Assembly (NCBI RefSeq): GCF_037042905.1
Contig: NC_087245.1
Coordinates: 38,566,001-38,630,000 of the forward strand
Reading direction: 5' to 3'
DNA length: 64,000 bases
Source: Lytechinus pictus
Taxonomy: Eukaryota
Position 1 is the stretch's first letter, and each line of letters begins with the position of its first letter. Shown piece by piece: positions 25,701-40,700 of this stretch. The notes below the pieces were generated by a model. It did no database searches and was not told where the DNA came from. It saw only the letters and a list, made by a program, of their open reading frames with translations. A program made the translations under genes and the position numbers.

Positions 25701-28700
25701 AATCGTAAATCAACAAGATAAAAAGAGTCCTTTTTGTATCATATGTACATGGACTGACTGGGAGCTCGAGTAAAAAAACAAAATAAAAGGAATGATTTGA
25801 TTCCCACCAAGGATTTTTTTTTCAATTCGAAGGCTACTTTTTTAGCTTACCAACCAACGACATCGCATTTAAAGTTTACGTTGATTCCTGTGTGAAATTC
25901 AGGGGGCTTTTCTAGAACAATTTTGCCAGGGCTCTTTAGAGGGGCAATTTGGGGGTCAAATTCACCTCCAAGTCCCCATGTAATTCACCCCCTGGTTCCA
26001 ACATTGTACATTTTCATACACATACACTTTCCCATTTCTGTAGAGATAAAAAAAAGGTCATAAGGTTGTAGGCAGGGCTCCACACTAACCCTTTTTTTCT
26101 ACTGGTCCGACCTAATCATGTCGGACCAGTATATACCCAGTTTTTCCATTTTTGACTTGACCGAACCTAATAATTTACTGGTCCCAAATAATAAAGAAAA
26201 ATATTCAAAAAAGACTTAAGTTTATTTTGCTGTCTTTTAATGCTTATTGTTACCCCCCCCCCAAAAAAAAATAGTACACACACACACAATATAATTCATG
26301 AGAGCCATTTTTTGAGATGCCAGAGCCATTCTTATAATTTACAAAAGAGAAGAAAATATATTTCAGTTTAGATATAACAGTAAATCTGGCTATTTCTGAA
26401 AAGTTACTGGCCCGACAGCAAATTTTACCGGTCTGGGACCGTTGGACCAGTGCCAGTGTCGCGCACTGTCGTAGCATATTATTCTTTAATTGAAATGGAA
26501 TACATGCACAGAATGCCCCAGTTTATTTGGTCCTCAATATGAACACGGCTTATAAATCATAAAAAGGCAATACACATCCAACACAATGATAGATCAAAGT
26601 GTATATGAGAGCAGTCATATCCTTTCAAATATTTTCCACTGAAATGTCAAATGGCACTGTGTGAAGGTATGTGGGTCAATATGTTACTCACTCCAAATAC
26701 AAACATTGATTTATGTCCAGTCCATCATATAAACATGACATTAAAGGTCTACTATGGAGTCTATCAGGGTGCGATTGAATGTCACATACAGAGAATGTAC
26801 AGAGGATCGACATAGAGAACGTCACTGTTTCATATAATGTGCACCCTTACCAACCCCCCTCCCACCCCCGTTCCAAGATTATTTTTGAAAAATAAATGGA
26901 GCCTTCTTCATGGCAAATTTCTCTCAATTTAATGTCATGACATTTGTTCCCCCCCCCCCTTCTTTTCAATGATCTTGGCACTAGGGAAGAAAATTACATG
27001 GGGATTCTGGGCAATTTCAGCCCCAAAATGCTCAAAATAACAGAGAAAAATTTAAAAGATTCCCCCAAAATCCCCATTCACTATAATGTTAAAGCAGATC
27101 TAGGTAGTAAACTGAAAAGTAGCCGCCGAACAATAAAATAACAATAAACAAATTATTTTTTCCCCGCTTCGCATTTTCATTAACATGGGAATATTACAGT
27201 ATTGATGCTGGTACTACCATGAAAAGGGAAAAAAATTGAAAAAAACCCTATATTTAGTATGCGCATATTCATGTCCGTTTATTAGAAGAAACATTTGGGA
27301 CTCGATTGCTTCATCATAATATTCCCCAAATAAGAAATTTCAAAGAAAAGCCTTTCCATTCTTAGCAAACATATTGAGAATTTCTGATTAAATCAACAGA
27401 CTGGCAGGTATACGTCAGTATATCCATTACATCGAGAACAGAAGCTCTGGTTGTGCGAATACATTATATCTTCTTCAGAAATTCACTGGTAGAGTTATTG
27501 ATTAATCCTTGCTTGCAGAAAAATGCAGGTACTGAGGCAGACTTTCAGAGGACAAAGAAGTAATGTCCTGTTCATTATTTCAACTCAACGCTGCATGTAC
27601 AGGAAAGCAATCATATTTCTGATCACGTAAAAAAATACTGGTAGTTGTAACGCACTGTGGGAGAAACATAACACCACCACTTTGCTGGCTGCACCAATTT
27701 TTTTTTATAGAGAAATTGCAATGTTTTAAATAATTAAAATTCATATTAATTTAAAATTCATTTCAAATTCATATCCAGGAATGAATCTACATTAAGTGAC
27801 AGCTGGCTTAAAGTGTAGTAAATGATTAGCTCATCATCAACACACAAACTGAAGTGACTGCACTTACTTTGGAAGCTTGATGGTCACGACGCCTTTGGGT
27901 TGGACCTCCATACTCTTTCCCCAGAACTTGAGCTTTGGATGGACAGCACCGTGGAACTCAAAGTGAGGCGAGCTGGCGTGGAAGGCACTGACGGGAGGAT
28001 GGTGGGAGACCTGCTCTAACAGCATCTTGGTGTCAATGTCCTCTCTGTGAAAAGAACAAGTAAAACATCCACCGTTATTACTGGAGAACTGATCAGCCCT
28101 GGAAGATGGCTTCCTGAATTCTATTTTTGAAAATAGTCTGTAGGCCACTTGCCCTTTTTCATTTGTTCTTTAAAGATTCTAGATTTTTTCAAGATATATA
28201 GCTTGAAACGTGTATTATTTACTGTAATATTAACACTATCACTCTCTTCTCCCCCCTCTCCGAATCGCCCTTATCCTCCAGACTCTGACTTCTTTTTTCT
28301 CTTCTTTCAGCCTCCTCCTCCTCTCCTAATTCCTCTTCCTCTGTACCCTCCTCGTTTTCTCCAACCTCCTCTCAATTGTTTTTCTTCGCCTCCCTCCTCC
28401 AGCTCTTCCTCGTTCTTTCCTCCTCTACCTCTTTCTCCCCTTCTCTGCCTCCTTCTCATCCTTTCCCTCCCCCTCTTCCTCCCCTCCTCTCTCCTTCTCT
28501 TCTTTCCCTCCTCTCTTCTCCTCTCATCCTCTACCTCCTTTCCCTTCTCCTATTTCTCCCCTCCCTCCCCCCTCTCCCTCCTTTCCTCAATGCCTTCATT
28601 TCCCCTCATCTCCCTCTTTCTCCTTGTCTTCTTCTTTCCTCTCCATCTACAATGTAGTCTGTCTTTCTCTTCTTCCTTTTCTACCCACCCCCCCCCCCCC

Positions 28701-31700
28701 TGTCTACATGTATAATACATGTAACAGCTATGGCACTCTATCTCTTTCATGTACAATTTCACATTCTCTGATACTTCACAAGTAAATGCAGTATATTAAG
28801 TATCACATTACATCAATTATCTCAAGAGTACCAATTACTCTTCCCATTTCACAAATAATTCTCCACATTGTAAAGAAAATAAAATTGATTTACCTTGACA
28901 ACTCATATGTTTCTCCTAAGAGTGGATTGAAGGGTTTTCCAAATCTGTCTACGTTTGAAGCTGATGCAGATACAACAAAGGCTGTCACAAACTGTAAACA
29001 AAAAAGATGGAAGAGACAATTTATTTTGGATAAAAAGATTACAGAGATTACCAGGTCCAAAGAAACGCAAAATAGCATACCGAAGCACACTTGAGCTTTT
29101 GAAAATAAATCCATGTCATAACCAAAACATGTATCATCATAGAATTAAGTAGCTCTGCACATTGGCCTCTGTTTTAATCAGGAAAAGTCAATATTTTCAA
29201 AGGCAATTTTGGCTGTCATGAGGGCCAAATAGACTGTTGCCCTCATGAATTTTCTATGCTGATTCAAACCTAGAAAACATGATCTTCAAACATGTAAAGT
29301 TAGAAAAATTCCAACTTGTATTCACATAATTTTTTTCATAGGTTGTATTAAAAAGTAAAAACAAATTCAACTGCCGAAATGATAAATAAACATACATTTT
29401 CCTGCAAAACCAAGGATGGTAAAAATTGTTTGAATACAACATGATTATACTGTGGGATTTTCATAGTTTGGACATGTTATGCATCGCATACTTGGATACA
29501 TGTAATATGTTAACTTTTACTTCCTAGTGGGTGTTTCATAAAGCTATTCATAAAGTTACGCACAACTTTACGCACGACTGGAACATGTTCTTAGGTCATA
29601 AATCAATTATACAGGGATATCATTAAGCAAGAGAAAGGATCACCAGTCATGCGTAAAGTCATTCGTATCTTACGAACAGCTTTATGAAACACCCACCTGG
29701 ACCAATTAAATTCTTTTATCTGAGATGAGCTGTTGGGTGGGTTTGAAAAGAGGAAGAAATCAGAATTCACAAAAAGTTGAATGAATGCTTTCCCCAAAGT
29801 ACATTAAACCATGTTTTTCATTCTAATTTGTGATTCATGTATATGTGATTCTTGCTGCAGAAAAAAAATCATCTAAATAGGACTATGACCAATTGATGTC
29901 TTAGGACTGTATTATATGAACTTGGTTTAACCAAAACTGTTGTCTATAAAACTATGGATAGCTAAACATAACACAAATCTCCAAACAATAAAAGACCAAT
30001 TAAAGGAGAATGAAACCCTTGAAACCAGCTGAATCCATATCAAAGAGAAAAATCAAAGAAACATATTGTTGAAAGTTTGAGGAAGATTGAATGAATAATA
30101 AGAAAGTTATGAGAATTTGAATATTGAGATCACTAGTGCCATGTAGATCCTCCCATCGGCAATGCGACCAAGATCTGTGATATCACACACGTACAACTCC
30201 CTCATTACTTTAGTACTTATTTCACTTATATTCTCACTTTTATAGAGTCTATCACAAGGTGAGGTGTTCTCTTTATGAGATGAAAAGTACAGAGGTTTCA
30301 CAACATTATATCATTGATGAATCATTTGTCATATGATTAGAATGAGCAAAAAGAGATGTTTTGGGGTATATTTTCAGTGTCCAAATGGGAGAGTTGTACG
30401 TGTGTGACATCACAGATCTTGGTCGCATTGCCAATGGGAGGATCTCCATAGCATTAGTGATCTCGACATTCAAATGCTCACAACTCTTTTATTGCTCGTC
30501 CTATTTTACTCAAACTTTTGTTGATCTTATTCTTTGATTTTTCTGCTTTCACAAAAGCTAACTTGCTCCAAGAGTTTCATTCTCCTTTAATGACACCATT
30601 TGACATGAAAATCATTCTGTCAGGGAGTGAACACTTAAATAGTTAAAATGATAAACTTTCGGAGGGATATTAAATTTCATTTCCCTCAACAACAAAAAAT
30701 ATATACAAATCATTGACATAAAAAAGATAATTTACTGTACATGTTGAGGGGTCAAGGAATTTCTGCTTGTAAAAATGAGCCCCATATTGATTTAAAAAAA
30801 CACATATATCTATACTTCTACCAAACTTTTATTTTTTATGAGTTTCACCATTAAAGCATGTACAAAGACTAAATTAAAATTCAATAAAAACAAATATTTG
30901 ACATTTTCGGTTTCTCATAAATTTTAGTGCACCATGGCCTAAGTTAAGCTGGACCTCAGAATACAGGCCTATGTGACTGCACTTGAGTTTGACTTCAATT
31001 CTATTGTGATAAAATGAATGCTTTCCATGGAAAAATGTCTCTCACAGTCATACATGTACACATATAAACTAAAATCAACAGTAAAAGGCAATCACCCCTT
31101 GCCCCTTATCAAGCATCAATCAGTTGCATAAAACTATCATTACACTTGACCTGTCTCTACTTTGACCAAATTAGTAAACAGCAAAGGTGGCTTTTGTTGG
31201 CTAAACTTGAACAGTATCTTCAGGTGTCTTTAATGTTGCATCGTATGCTATATTTTGTTATGTTACAGTGGCAGATTGGGGGGGGGGGGGAGGTGTTAGG
31301 GGTTTAAAATTAAACCACCAACTCGGGCTCCCCCAAAATAAAGAGTGTGAGATCAAACTCCAACACTCCTTCCCTGTTTACAAGAGATGCACAAGTAGAA
31401 CAGTGGGGGATCTGTGTCTGTGGAGGGGGGGGGGGGGAGGGGGGTAGGGGGGTAGGATGCATGACGTTGCAGCTCATCGTTAATGGGTCAAACCAACTTG
31501 CCAAACTCCTCTTTTAGCAAAAAGCTTAAAGCGGACCATTAATCTTTGAATCCAGGTCCACAAAATTGATAAGATTAGTGATGCAAAGAGCAGGCTAGAT
31601 GTACAACAATGTAACATTGAATCTAACTGATAGTGACTGGCACTGGTCGACTTTGTCATCAAGTCATTGAGATACATTTAAAGGTCAAGTCCACCCCAGG

Positions 31701-34700
31701 AAAATGCTGACTTGAACAAATAGAGAAAAATCAAACTAGCATAGTGTTGAAAATTTCATCAAAATCGGAAGTAAAATAAGAAAGTTATGACATTTTAAAG
31801 TTTCGCTTATTTTTCACAAAACAGCTGATATGCACAACTAGGTGAGTCAGTCGATGATGTCCATCACTCACTATGCCTTTTGTTTTTTACTGTTTGAATT
31901 ATACAATATTTCCTTTTTTATAGATTTGACAATAACAGCCAACTTGAATGAACCACATAGTATTAAACAATGCTAATTCCACATGTTCGGGGAGGAATTA
32001 ATCGTTGTTTCACTTGACAATGAGGAGAAAATTAGAATATTTCATATAATAAAATACAAAAGAAATAGTGAGTGGATAACGTCATCAGTCTCCTCATTTG
32101 CATAACGACCAGGATGTGCATATACATGTAACTGTTTTGTGAAATTAAGCGAAACTTTTAAAATTTCATAACTTTCTTTATTTTACATCCAAATTTTGAT
32201 GAAATTTTCAGTGTTATGCTGGTTGGATTTTTCTCTTTTTATTCAAATCAACTTTTTATTGGGGTGGACTTGTCCTTTAATACATCACAGAGGGTATTAC
32301 ATGTACATGTAGGCCTACATGTACTTCGTACATTACACATAAATCTTCATAATACATGTACGTACAAAGTATTTCCTGCTTAAAGGTCAAGTCCACCCCG
32401 AAAAATGTTGATTTGGATACATAGAGAAAAAGCAAACTAGCATAATGCTGAAAATTTCCTCAAAATCGGATGTAAAATAAGAAAGTTATGACATTTTATT
32501 TAAAGTTTCGCTATTTTCCACAAAACAGAGATGCAGTGAAATATAATAAAATACAAAAGAAATAGTGAGTGGATGACACCATCAGTCTCCTCATTTGCAT
32601 ACCGACCAGGGTGTGCAAACAACTTTTTTGTGAAATTTAAGCAAAACTTTAAAATGTAATAACTTTCTTAATTAACATGCGATTTTGATGAAATTTTCAG
32701 TGTTTTGCTCATTGGATTTTTCCTCTTTTTACTCAAATCAACTTTTAATTGGGGTGGACTTGTCCTTTAATTAGGAATTCAAAATATCGCTCAACGTGAA
32801 ATAACATACATACACTGTACATGCAGGGAGTTCTCTGATACATGTATATGTACATTACACAACACACTACATACATGTACACATGTAAGCCTCAAATCTG
32901 AAACTGCTTCTTATACCTTAGTCACATTTTCCCTTCAGCAGTCGAAAAACAGCTGTGTTATTCATTTTTATTCAAACCACCTAATGTAAACTGTAGTTGG
33001 TTCAAAAATATTAAAAACAGCTGTATTCGACTCCCTGTACAAAAATATTAAAAACAGCTGTATTCGACTCCCTGTACAGCCCTGGAGGGGAAATGTGACT
33101 GAGGTATTAATGGTACAGGTACACATTTTGTTCTGAATTCCACACTGAGTAAAGCCCATTGTAGATCATGTTTACATACATGTATTATTATCATTACAAA
33201 GGCACAGATTAACATTCCAGCATTTATTGTATGGTCGAAAAGTGACTAAAAAAGCGGAGGTACAAAGCGTTCAGCATTGTTTGCACATTAAATGTCAAAA
33301 TGCAGTCAACTGGAAAATATGTAGATCATTATCGTCATATTGATCAGAAAAGGTGATGGGCCAAGTATTATCAGTGTTGATTAGGGGAGCATATCATAAG
33401 GAATTTCATGTGTGAATTCTAATGACTAATTTGCTCTCAGCCAATCAGATGCAAGGATTTCTAGTAGCTTATAACAATAGTCAGTTAAAATCAATGACTA
33501 TTATTTCATGAAAAGCTCCCCTGGTGTCAGGGCGATACAGTCATATGCACCAATCTTCTACAAAAGCCAAAGCTGAATAACAAATAGAGGGGTTGGGTCA
33601 TCGTATCATTGAACATGGTAGTAGTCTTCATTTTCAGTTTGCTTTCATTTTCAAATTTTGGCCGATGCATTATGCTGCAGTCACATTTCCCCTACGGCCA
33701 CCATACAGCAAGTCGAAATAGGCGAGTCGAAAACAGCTGTTTCATCTACTATCATTCAAACCACCCATCATATATGTAGCTATGCAAAATATGTTAAAAT
33801 AGCTGTCTTCGACTCGCCGTACGGCAAACGTAGAGGAAATGTGACTGCGCTAATTAAGAACATGCATGTTAGCCATTAACTACTTTACAGTACATGTACT
33901 GTATATATACCATGAAGTGGGAGGAAAATTTAGCAACAAATTGTAAATGAAGAATTATCAAAGTGGGCAAACTATATTGGGCCTCTATAAACAATCAAGT
34001 GTGTTATATTCCTAAGAATATGCATCAGAAGGAGAAAAATTATTGTTTGCCTGAAGGGTTCATGAGTTTACTAACCTTTCTATGTACAAGTATATGTGCA
34101 TATGTACAATATAAAACACTTCGCAAAGATTGCAGATCAGAGACTACGAAGGCATGTATAGATAATTACTTGCCGCAACAGTATCTAATAAATGATCTTA
34201 TAAAAAATAAGGCGCGAAGTCTGCTAAATATATATGTAAATTGAATCATTCACTTATCAAAGTTTGCCATGTGTTTTAATGTTGTCAAAATGTGGATTGG
34301 AATGAAGAAACATGGAAGTGTATATGCTCAGTACCGCGGACATGAAAAATAGATTTAAAAAATATATATATTCCTTTTATCAACGCCCCCCCCCCCCCCT
34401 CAGACAGAAGTCCTGTACAACAAAACAACATACACACAGGCCTACATAATATCAAACTGATTCTGACACCCAAAAACATTGAAAATGAAAATGGTACATA
34501 AGACTACAAAAACCTTTACATGTGCATACCGTAGGTGTGTATAGAAATTACACATGCCTCAAACTTATGAGGAAATTATAAATATATCTATATTGAAAAC
34601 AAAAACTGTATCTATATTTAAAACAAACACCTACAACCCAAACTAATTAATCATTCACCCCTATATATTTCCTTGAATACATTGCTATCAATCTGCAGTA

Positions 34701-37700
34701 CATACAGAACATGTAATGGAGTTTATTGATTAACCCTACTTGTATTCAGTGTTGTCTTATTCAAATGCAGACATCACCAGAGACCGAAGCCACTGTGCAA
34801 ATATAACGTTGAGATTAATTCCAATTTGAGCACTCAGGTGACTGGGTGATATACTTGGACACCAGCCTAAAAAACATTCATCAGAAATTCCAAAGGTCTA
34901 AAAGTATAGACAAAATTAAATCCTGGTACAATTGTTGGTGAGAGAGACTTGGGTCTCACTATTCTACTCATCAACATGTATACATGTACATGAATTTGAT
35001 TAAAACCTATAAATGTGTACAGAACAGGTACATGTAAATATTGTTTTGTGAAAAATGTGAAATCAGAGCCAGATCCTTTCAGAAATGTCATCTTTTGCAT
35101 AGACCCAATACTAAAGCACTTGGCAAAATATTAGTGTTTATCAACGCAGAATAGAGTACCGAAGTGTGACGTCATCAATTTTCACTTTTTGCATTATCAC
35201 TATATCAGCGTTTTTATACCATATTTTGGTAGAGCATGATGAAAACCCCTACAACCCAAATTTCCTTTTGCTCTGCCCGATTCATGTCATTAAAGGTGTC
35301 ATGAGATTTTTCATGCAAATTTAGAAAATGGTTTTAAGAGATCAATCATATTATGAGCATTTTAATAAAAATTTGCAAAACTTTACCTGTAAAGACATTC
35401 TCTAATCTCTATTAATCTAGATATTTCTATAATTAAAAAACAAATACAAAAGGAAAAGGGGAAAAATGCAGTAATGAAAGAAAATGACAAAGGTTGCCAA
35501 TTTGAAGAACAAGAGCTGATCAAATAAGAGCATCAAATAATTAGCCCTGTAACATAAAGCTTAGCGATGATCGTGGGGCTGATTCTTACGATTGATCGTA
35601 CACAATAACCTATGGAATCAATCATAGAAATGAGCCCACAATCAATCGCCACGCTTCATGTAACAGGGCCCAATGTGGGGTTAATAAAATACTGACCTTC
35701 ATCCTATCCACAGGGTCATCGGACATACTGGCCTTGAGAAGGAGGTGGGCATGTTCAATGTATTCGCAGCATCTTTGGAGGAAGCTTAACGGTTCGTTAA
35801 AGACTACGGGCATGGTGATCTTGGAGAGTTCTTTGCCGATGCATTGCTTTAGTACTGTCCATAACGTCATATGGTCTCGTCTGTACATGGGGGCCGGTAA
35901 CCTTACCCTACAGATGAACAAAGCCAACAAAAACACATGAACATCAATGGCGTATCCAGCATCAACTATGACAAAGAAATGTATGGGCCCATGCCAAAGC
36001 ATATCACTATTGTCCCCAGACAATTGGGCCCATGATATGCTTTGTAGGATCTGATGCTGGATATGCACCTGAAAATGTAAGAAATTAAAAGCTGTTTGAT
36101 AGATGCAAGTGGATGTTTCTATCATATATATTTAAAATTTGCAACGGAAATATTGAAGGGATCATTACAGATTATTCAAGAGTAGATCATTAAACTGCGA
36201 GTGAAAGAATTTACTGAAGCAGCATTTAATCATTACCTTGAAAAGTGGAGTACAAAAATTGCAAAAGGAAAAAATCCGCAAATCAAGTAAAATTATATGT
36301 CATATTTCCATACAACTCTGATGCCAGGACGTTATGGCGCAGATGTCAAAACGTGATGGGTGCGCGAAATTTGACCTGCGACTTTGTAATTTAAACCTGA
36401 CCTGTAATTTTGTGTGAGTACCGACATGTATTAGGTAAACACACATAAAATATAAAACTGTCCTATATATTATTTTCATTGCGCAGAAATCGATTTGGGA
36501 CAGACGGCTACGACACTAAATACCCCTTTCAGATAGTCATAGGGAAGAAAAATTATTACCTCGCACAACCTGGAATGATAATATCGGGCACACTTCCAAA
36601 TGTGAACACATCGCTTTTTCCCAAGTCTCTGTTTTTAGTTATACTATAATCTCCATTGTTTGATGAAACAAGGTCTTCCTTGCTCTGTTTACTGTTTGAA
36701 TGGTTCTCAGAGTCTGATATTCTATGCTGAACGCCCTCTGTTGGCATCCTTTGCTCGGAATCCATCCTGACACTGTAGAAGCTCTCGACGTCACTGAGTC
36801 GATCATCAAAGCTACCGGTGGGGCTGCTTCCTCGGCTTCCGGAGTCCCTCACACTGTGGAATTCATGATCCTCATAGTCGAACTCCGCGGGGATATCTTG
36901 GAAGTTGAGAGGGCTCGTGGAGAGGGTCGCCGAGAGGAGTTCTAGTCTGTCGTGCTGCTGCGCCAGCGCATGAAGGGCGTCCTGAAGGTTACGGGTCCGT
37001 TCTTGCTCCTGCTTCAACTGCAGGTTACGAAGCTGGAGAGAAGAAAAGAAAAGCAAAGAAAGAATCCATGAAATGATGATCTGAAGATTTTTAAGAAATA
37101 CATTTTTTCACTCAACTCTGTTCACACATGTACTCATTTGTACATATATACTTTATAATGTTACATACATGTTGTTAATGTACACATGTGACAGGGAAAA
37201 TAAACAAACTCTTGATTCTTGGACTTCTTGTAAAAATCTTTAGAACTTTGCAAAGATATTTCACTGTTCCTGAAAGATTGAGTATTCACAAGGGTATTTT
37301 TTTTTCAATTTTACTGCTTTATCATTCACTTCCAATTGATGTAGAACAGTGTACACAAAGGAACAATTCTAAATAGAGTTTTGGCATACATGTACGACAC
37401 ATGATGCACTGCGCATGCCGGGTCTGGAAGAATTTCAGTGGTATGGTGGTACGCTATTGAGACGTAGTCTGCTGTGCAAATTCTGCACTTGAGTTATATG
37501 GTCTGAATGCGTTGCCTATAATAACTTGTGTACAGAAAGCCCTATCGCTCAAGTTTTATATGAGTTAGTCTTGTGTGAAGACCCACTTGTTGATCAAATT
37601 TTCATTCAAGGTCTGTGCCTGCAGACTAATTGAGACAAATGTACTTGCTATCGTAAAAACTTGATTTATGAAAGACCGCACAGTTTTTCAAGAGATGCAT

Positions 37701-40700
37701 ACTGTACAGTGTACTGTATATGTAACCTTGCAACCACTATGGAATATGAAGATAGACTAACTGCTGAACAGTACCTTTATTCATATACCTGTAAATTGGA
37801 TTCAAAGAGTCTGGTAGTGAGACCACAAACATACAACAGACCAATAGAGGAAGTGCTGGTATTTCATGAAGGAAGTTATGGGAATGTGGTTTGGCTGGAT
37901 CAGTATTATCTTTACTACATGTAGCTTCCATTTAAGTACTCTCAATTAAAACTAGTTAAGTGCTACCAAGGATACTACTGGAAGGAAGTATGTAGCTGTA
38001 AACTATCTTATGCTGCGTTTATGCGACCTCAAGCCAGAATCATGATTTGAATCATGATTCAAATCTAAAACCTGAATCACAGAATCACGGTTTAGACTTT
38101 CATTCCAATGCCGTTTCTCCTCCGTTTCGGGCCGTTCCAGTGCGCATCACAGTGCGCAGGTTGACCCATTCACTGAGCATATGCACATACACCAGAAATA
38201 GCCCGACACAATGACGTCATAGAATCATGATTCAAATCATGATTACGTTCATAAGATCTTTTTCGTTGCTGATTTTACAGAAACGTCTTTCCAAACGCCC
38301 CTTTTTCTCTGTTTCATGTTTGTGATTTGAAAGACGTTTATTTTCACTTTTGTCTAAACGCACCGTGATTCTGCAGAATCATGATTTCAATCACAATTCT
38401 AGGGTAAAAACAGTGGCGCATAGACGCACCCTTATTAATTTTTATGATGTACACAAGGGGGATGCTCTTTCTGGAAAAAAAAACCCAACCAACTGTGAAA
38501 TTGATCTAAAATCCAACAGGATGTAGGCCTACTCTTTCATTCCAATGCCGTTTCTCCTCCGTTTCGGGCCGTTCCAGTGCGCATCACAGTGCGCAGGTTG
38601 ACCCATTCACTGAGCATATGCACATACACCAGAAATAGCCCGACACAATGACGTCATAGAATCATGATTCAAATCATGATTATGTTCATAAGATCTTTTT
38701 CGTTGCTGATTTTACAGAAACGTCTTTCCAAACGCCCCTTTTTCTCTGTTTCATGTTTGTGATTTGAAAGACGTTTATTTTCACTTTTGTCTAAATGCAC
38801 CGTGATTCTGCAGAATCATGATTTCAATCACAATTCTAGGGTAAAAACAGTGGCGCATAGACGCACCCTTATTAATTTTTATGATGTACACAAGGGTAAT
38901 GCTCTTTCTGGAAAAAAAAACCCAACCAACTGTGAAATTGATCTAAAATCCAACAGGATGTAGGCCTACTCTTGTACTCCATACAATACATGTATTGTAA
39001 ATGTACATGTATGAGAATCTTCACAAAAATGAAATCAAACGAAAAGAGGAACTTGCCCACAAATCTGCCCTTTAGTAAGAAAGAAGTTCAAGTATTGATA
39101 CAGAAATGGCATGAATTGCAATTATGGCAAGTCACCTTGGCAACAGAAATCAAATAATGAGCATCTCTTTTCCTCCTACACATACTGTAGATCTGAGAAG
39201 AAAGAAATGACAAATCTGAAAGCAGAGTCTTGAGTTCTGTTTTGTCCAAGAAATACTTGATTTCTGTCGAGTGTGAATGCTACCGTACAACATCATGTAC
39301 AGAATAAGAAATCCTATTTCTGCATATTTGTTACATGTAATCATCTCTTTTCTTGGGTAGAATTTAAGTATCAAAATGCGTTTCAAGGTACTCTGCATAT
39401 GGGGTTTGAAAGGGGTTTTTTAGAATGCGTTAGAGCCCTACATGAAACATGCTTCTGCACAAAAGATCAAGGGTGTTTTGAAACACATTTGAAGAAAACT
39501 TTGAACTTTGATCACTTCTACCCATTTCCACAGTTTCAGAGAAAATGTGCAAGCCTTGCCATGCATACAGCCAATTGTGTAAATATAAGGATTATATGGT
39601 CTTTCGTTGATTTCATCAAAAAAAAAATCTATTCACCTCATATCAATCATTTTCTAAAGATTAAAGGGGAAGTTCACTCTGACAAAAAGTTCATATTAAA
39701 AAAAAATATTGGCGAAGGTTTGAGGCAAATCCATAGAATAAAAAAGTTAATGAATTTTAATGATTTGATTTGTGACATCATATATGCAAGCAGCTTTCCC
39801 ACAAAATAATATCAAATCAATGAAAGGCCATTTTTTCTCAGAAAATTGAAAATGGTCTTTATTTATTGTACCTTCAGAATATCAATACACAAATGATTTC
39901 ACACCTACTCCTAAAAAGAAAATAAAAATAAGTCATCATGAACCATTACAAAACGAAATTTATGCGTTATCATATGGGGCAGCTGCGTGTTTATGACGTC
40001 ACAAATCAATAACTTGACATTCTAATAACTTTCTTAATCTTTAGTTTACTGGAGTTTCTTCAAACCATAACCAATATTTTTTATTATTTTTCTATTTTTA
40101 TAATAAAGTTTTCGTCAGGGTGAACTCTCCCTTTAAATGGCACGATGTACACATAGATGTGCAGTGGCAAGGCCAGTTTTCTGACTGTGTAATATCTTAG
40201 ACGAAGTCCTTTAAAAAACATGCTTGTATAGGCCTTTGAAATTCATTTAAATAGTTGGTGTACAGTAAAAACATGCTTCAAAGTGGATAAATGTTGATAA
40301 AAAACAGTCAAACTTATAGAAAATAATGGAACTGCTAGAAGAAAATATGAGCTTTGAAAAAACTGATCCCAAACAAAGTATCACACAGCACTTAACCCTT
40401 TAGCACCTGAACCGCCCGAGACCGCCCTTCCTATTACACACTGAACCGCCCTTAACCGTCCGTACGTTTTCTTTGCGCTATAGTATCTCTTGTCTATGAT
40501 TTACCGTGGTAATATTGCGTGTGCATACCGTATAGGTTGGCTGCTACATAGATCTGCATAGAAAAGTGTATGCTCCTATTGAGTATAATAGAGAAAAACT
40601 GATTGACATGCATCGGTGTGTAGCAAGTTCCAGACTGTTGCGCAGTCGATCTCAGCAAAGATGGCTGCGTCCATGTCTCGGAAAACCACTTACTTCTCGG

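Noticed and set aside
26073..26468. CAG...CTG element with an unusual 7-bp TSD
   Set aside because: Probably a hAT-like MITE, but the flanks (ttgtagg / tcgtagc) are too degenerate to call a TSD length.
28149..28715. 188-aa Pro/Ser/Leu/Phe-rich ORF
   Set aside because: Artefact of the C/T low-complexity tract, which lacks stop codons.
35908..36125. N-terminal part of the 167-aa ORF as coding sequence
   Set aside because: It lies upstream of the 35907 acceptor. The preceding exon joins 35907 in phase, so this is intron read-through.
39273..39809. 178-aa ORF
   Set aside because: No recognisable domain, and it runs into a MITE at 39665.
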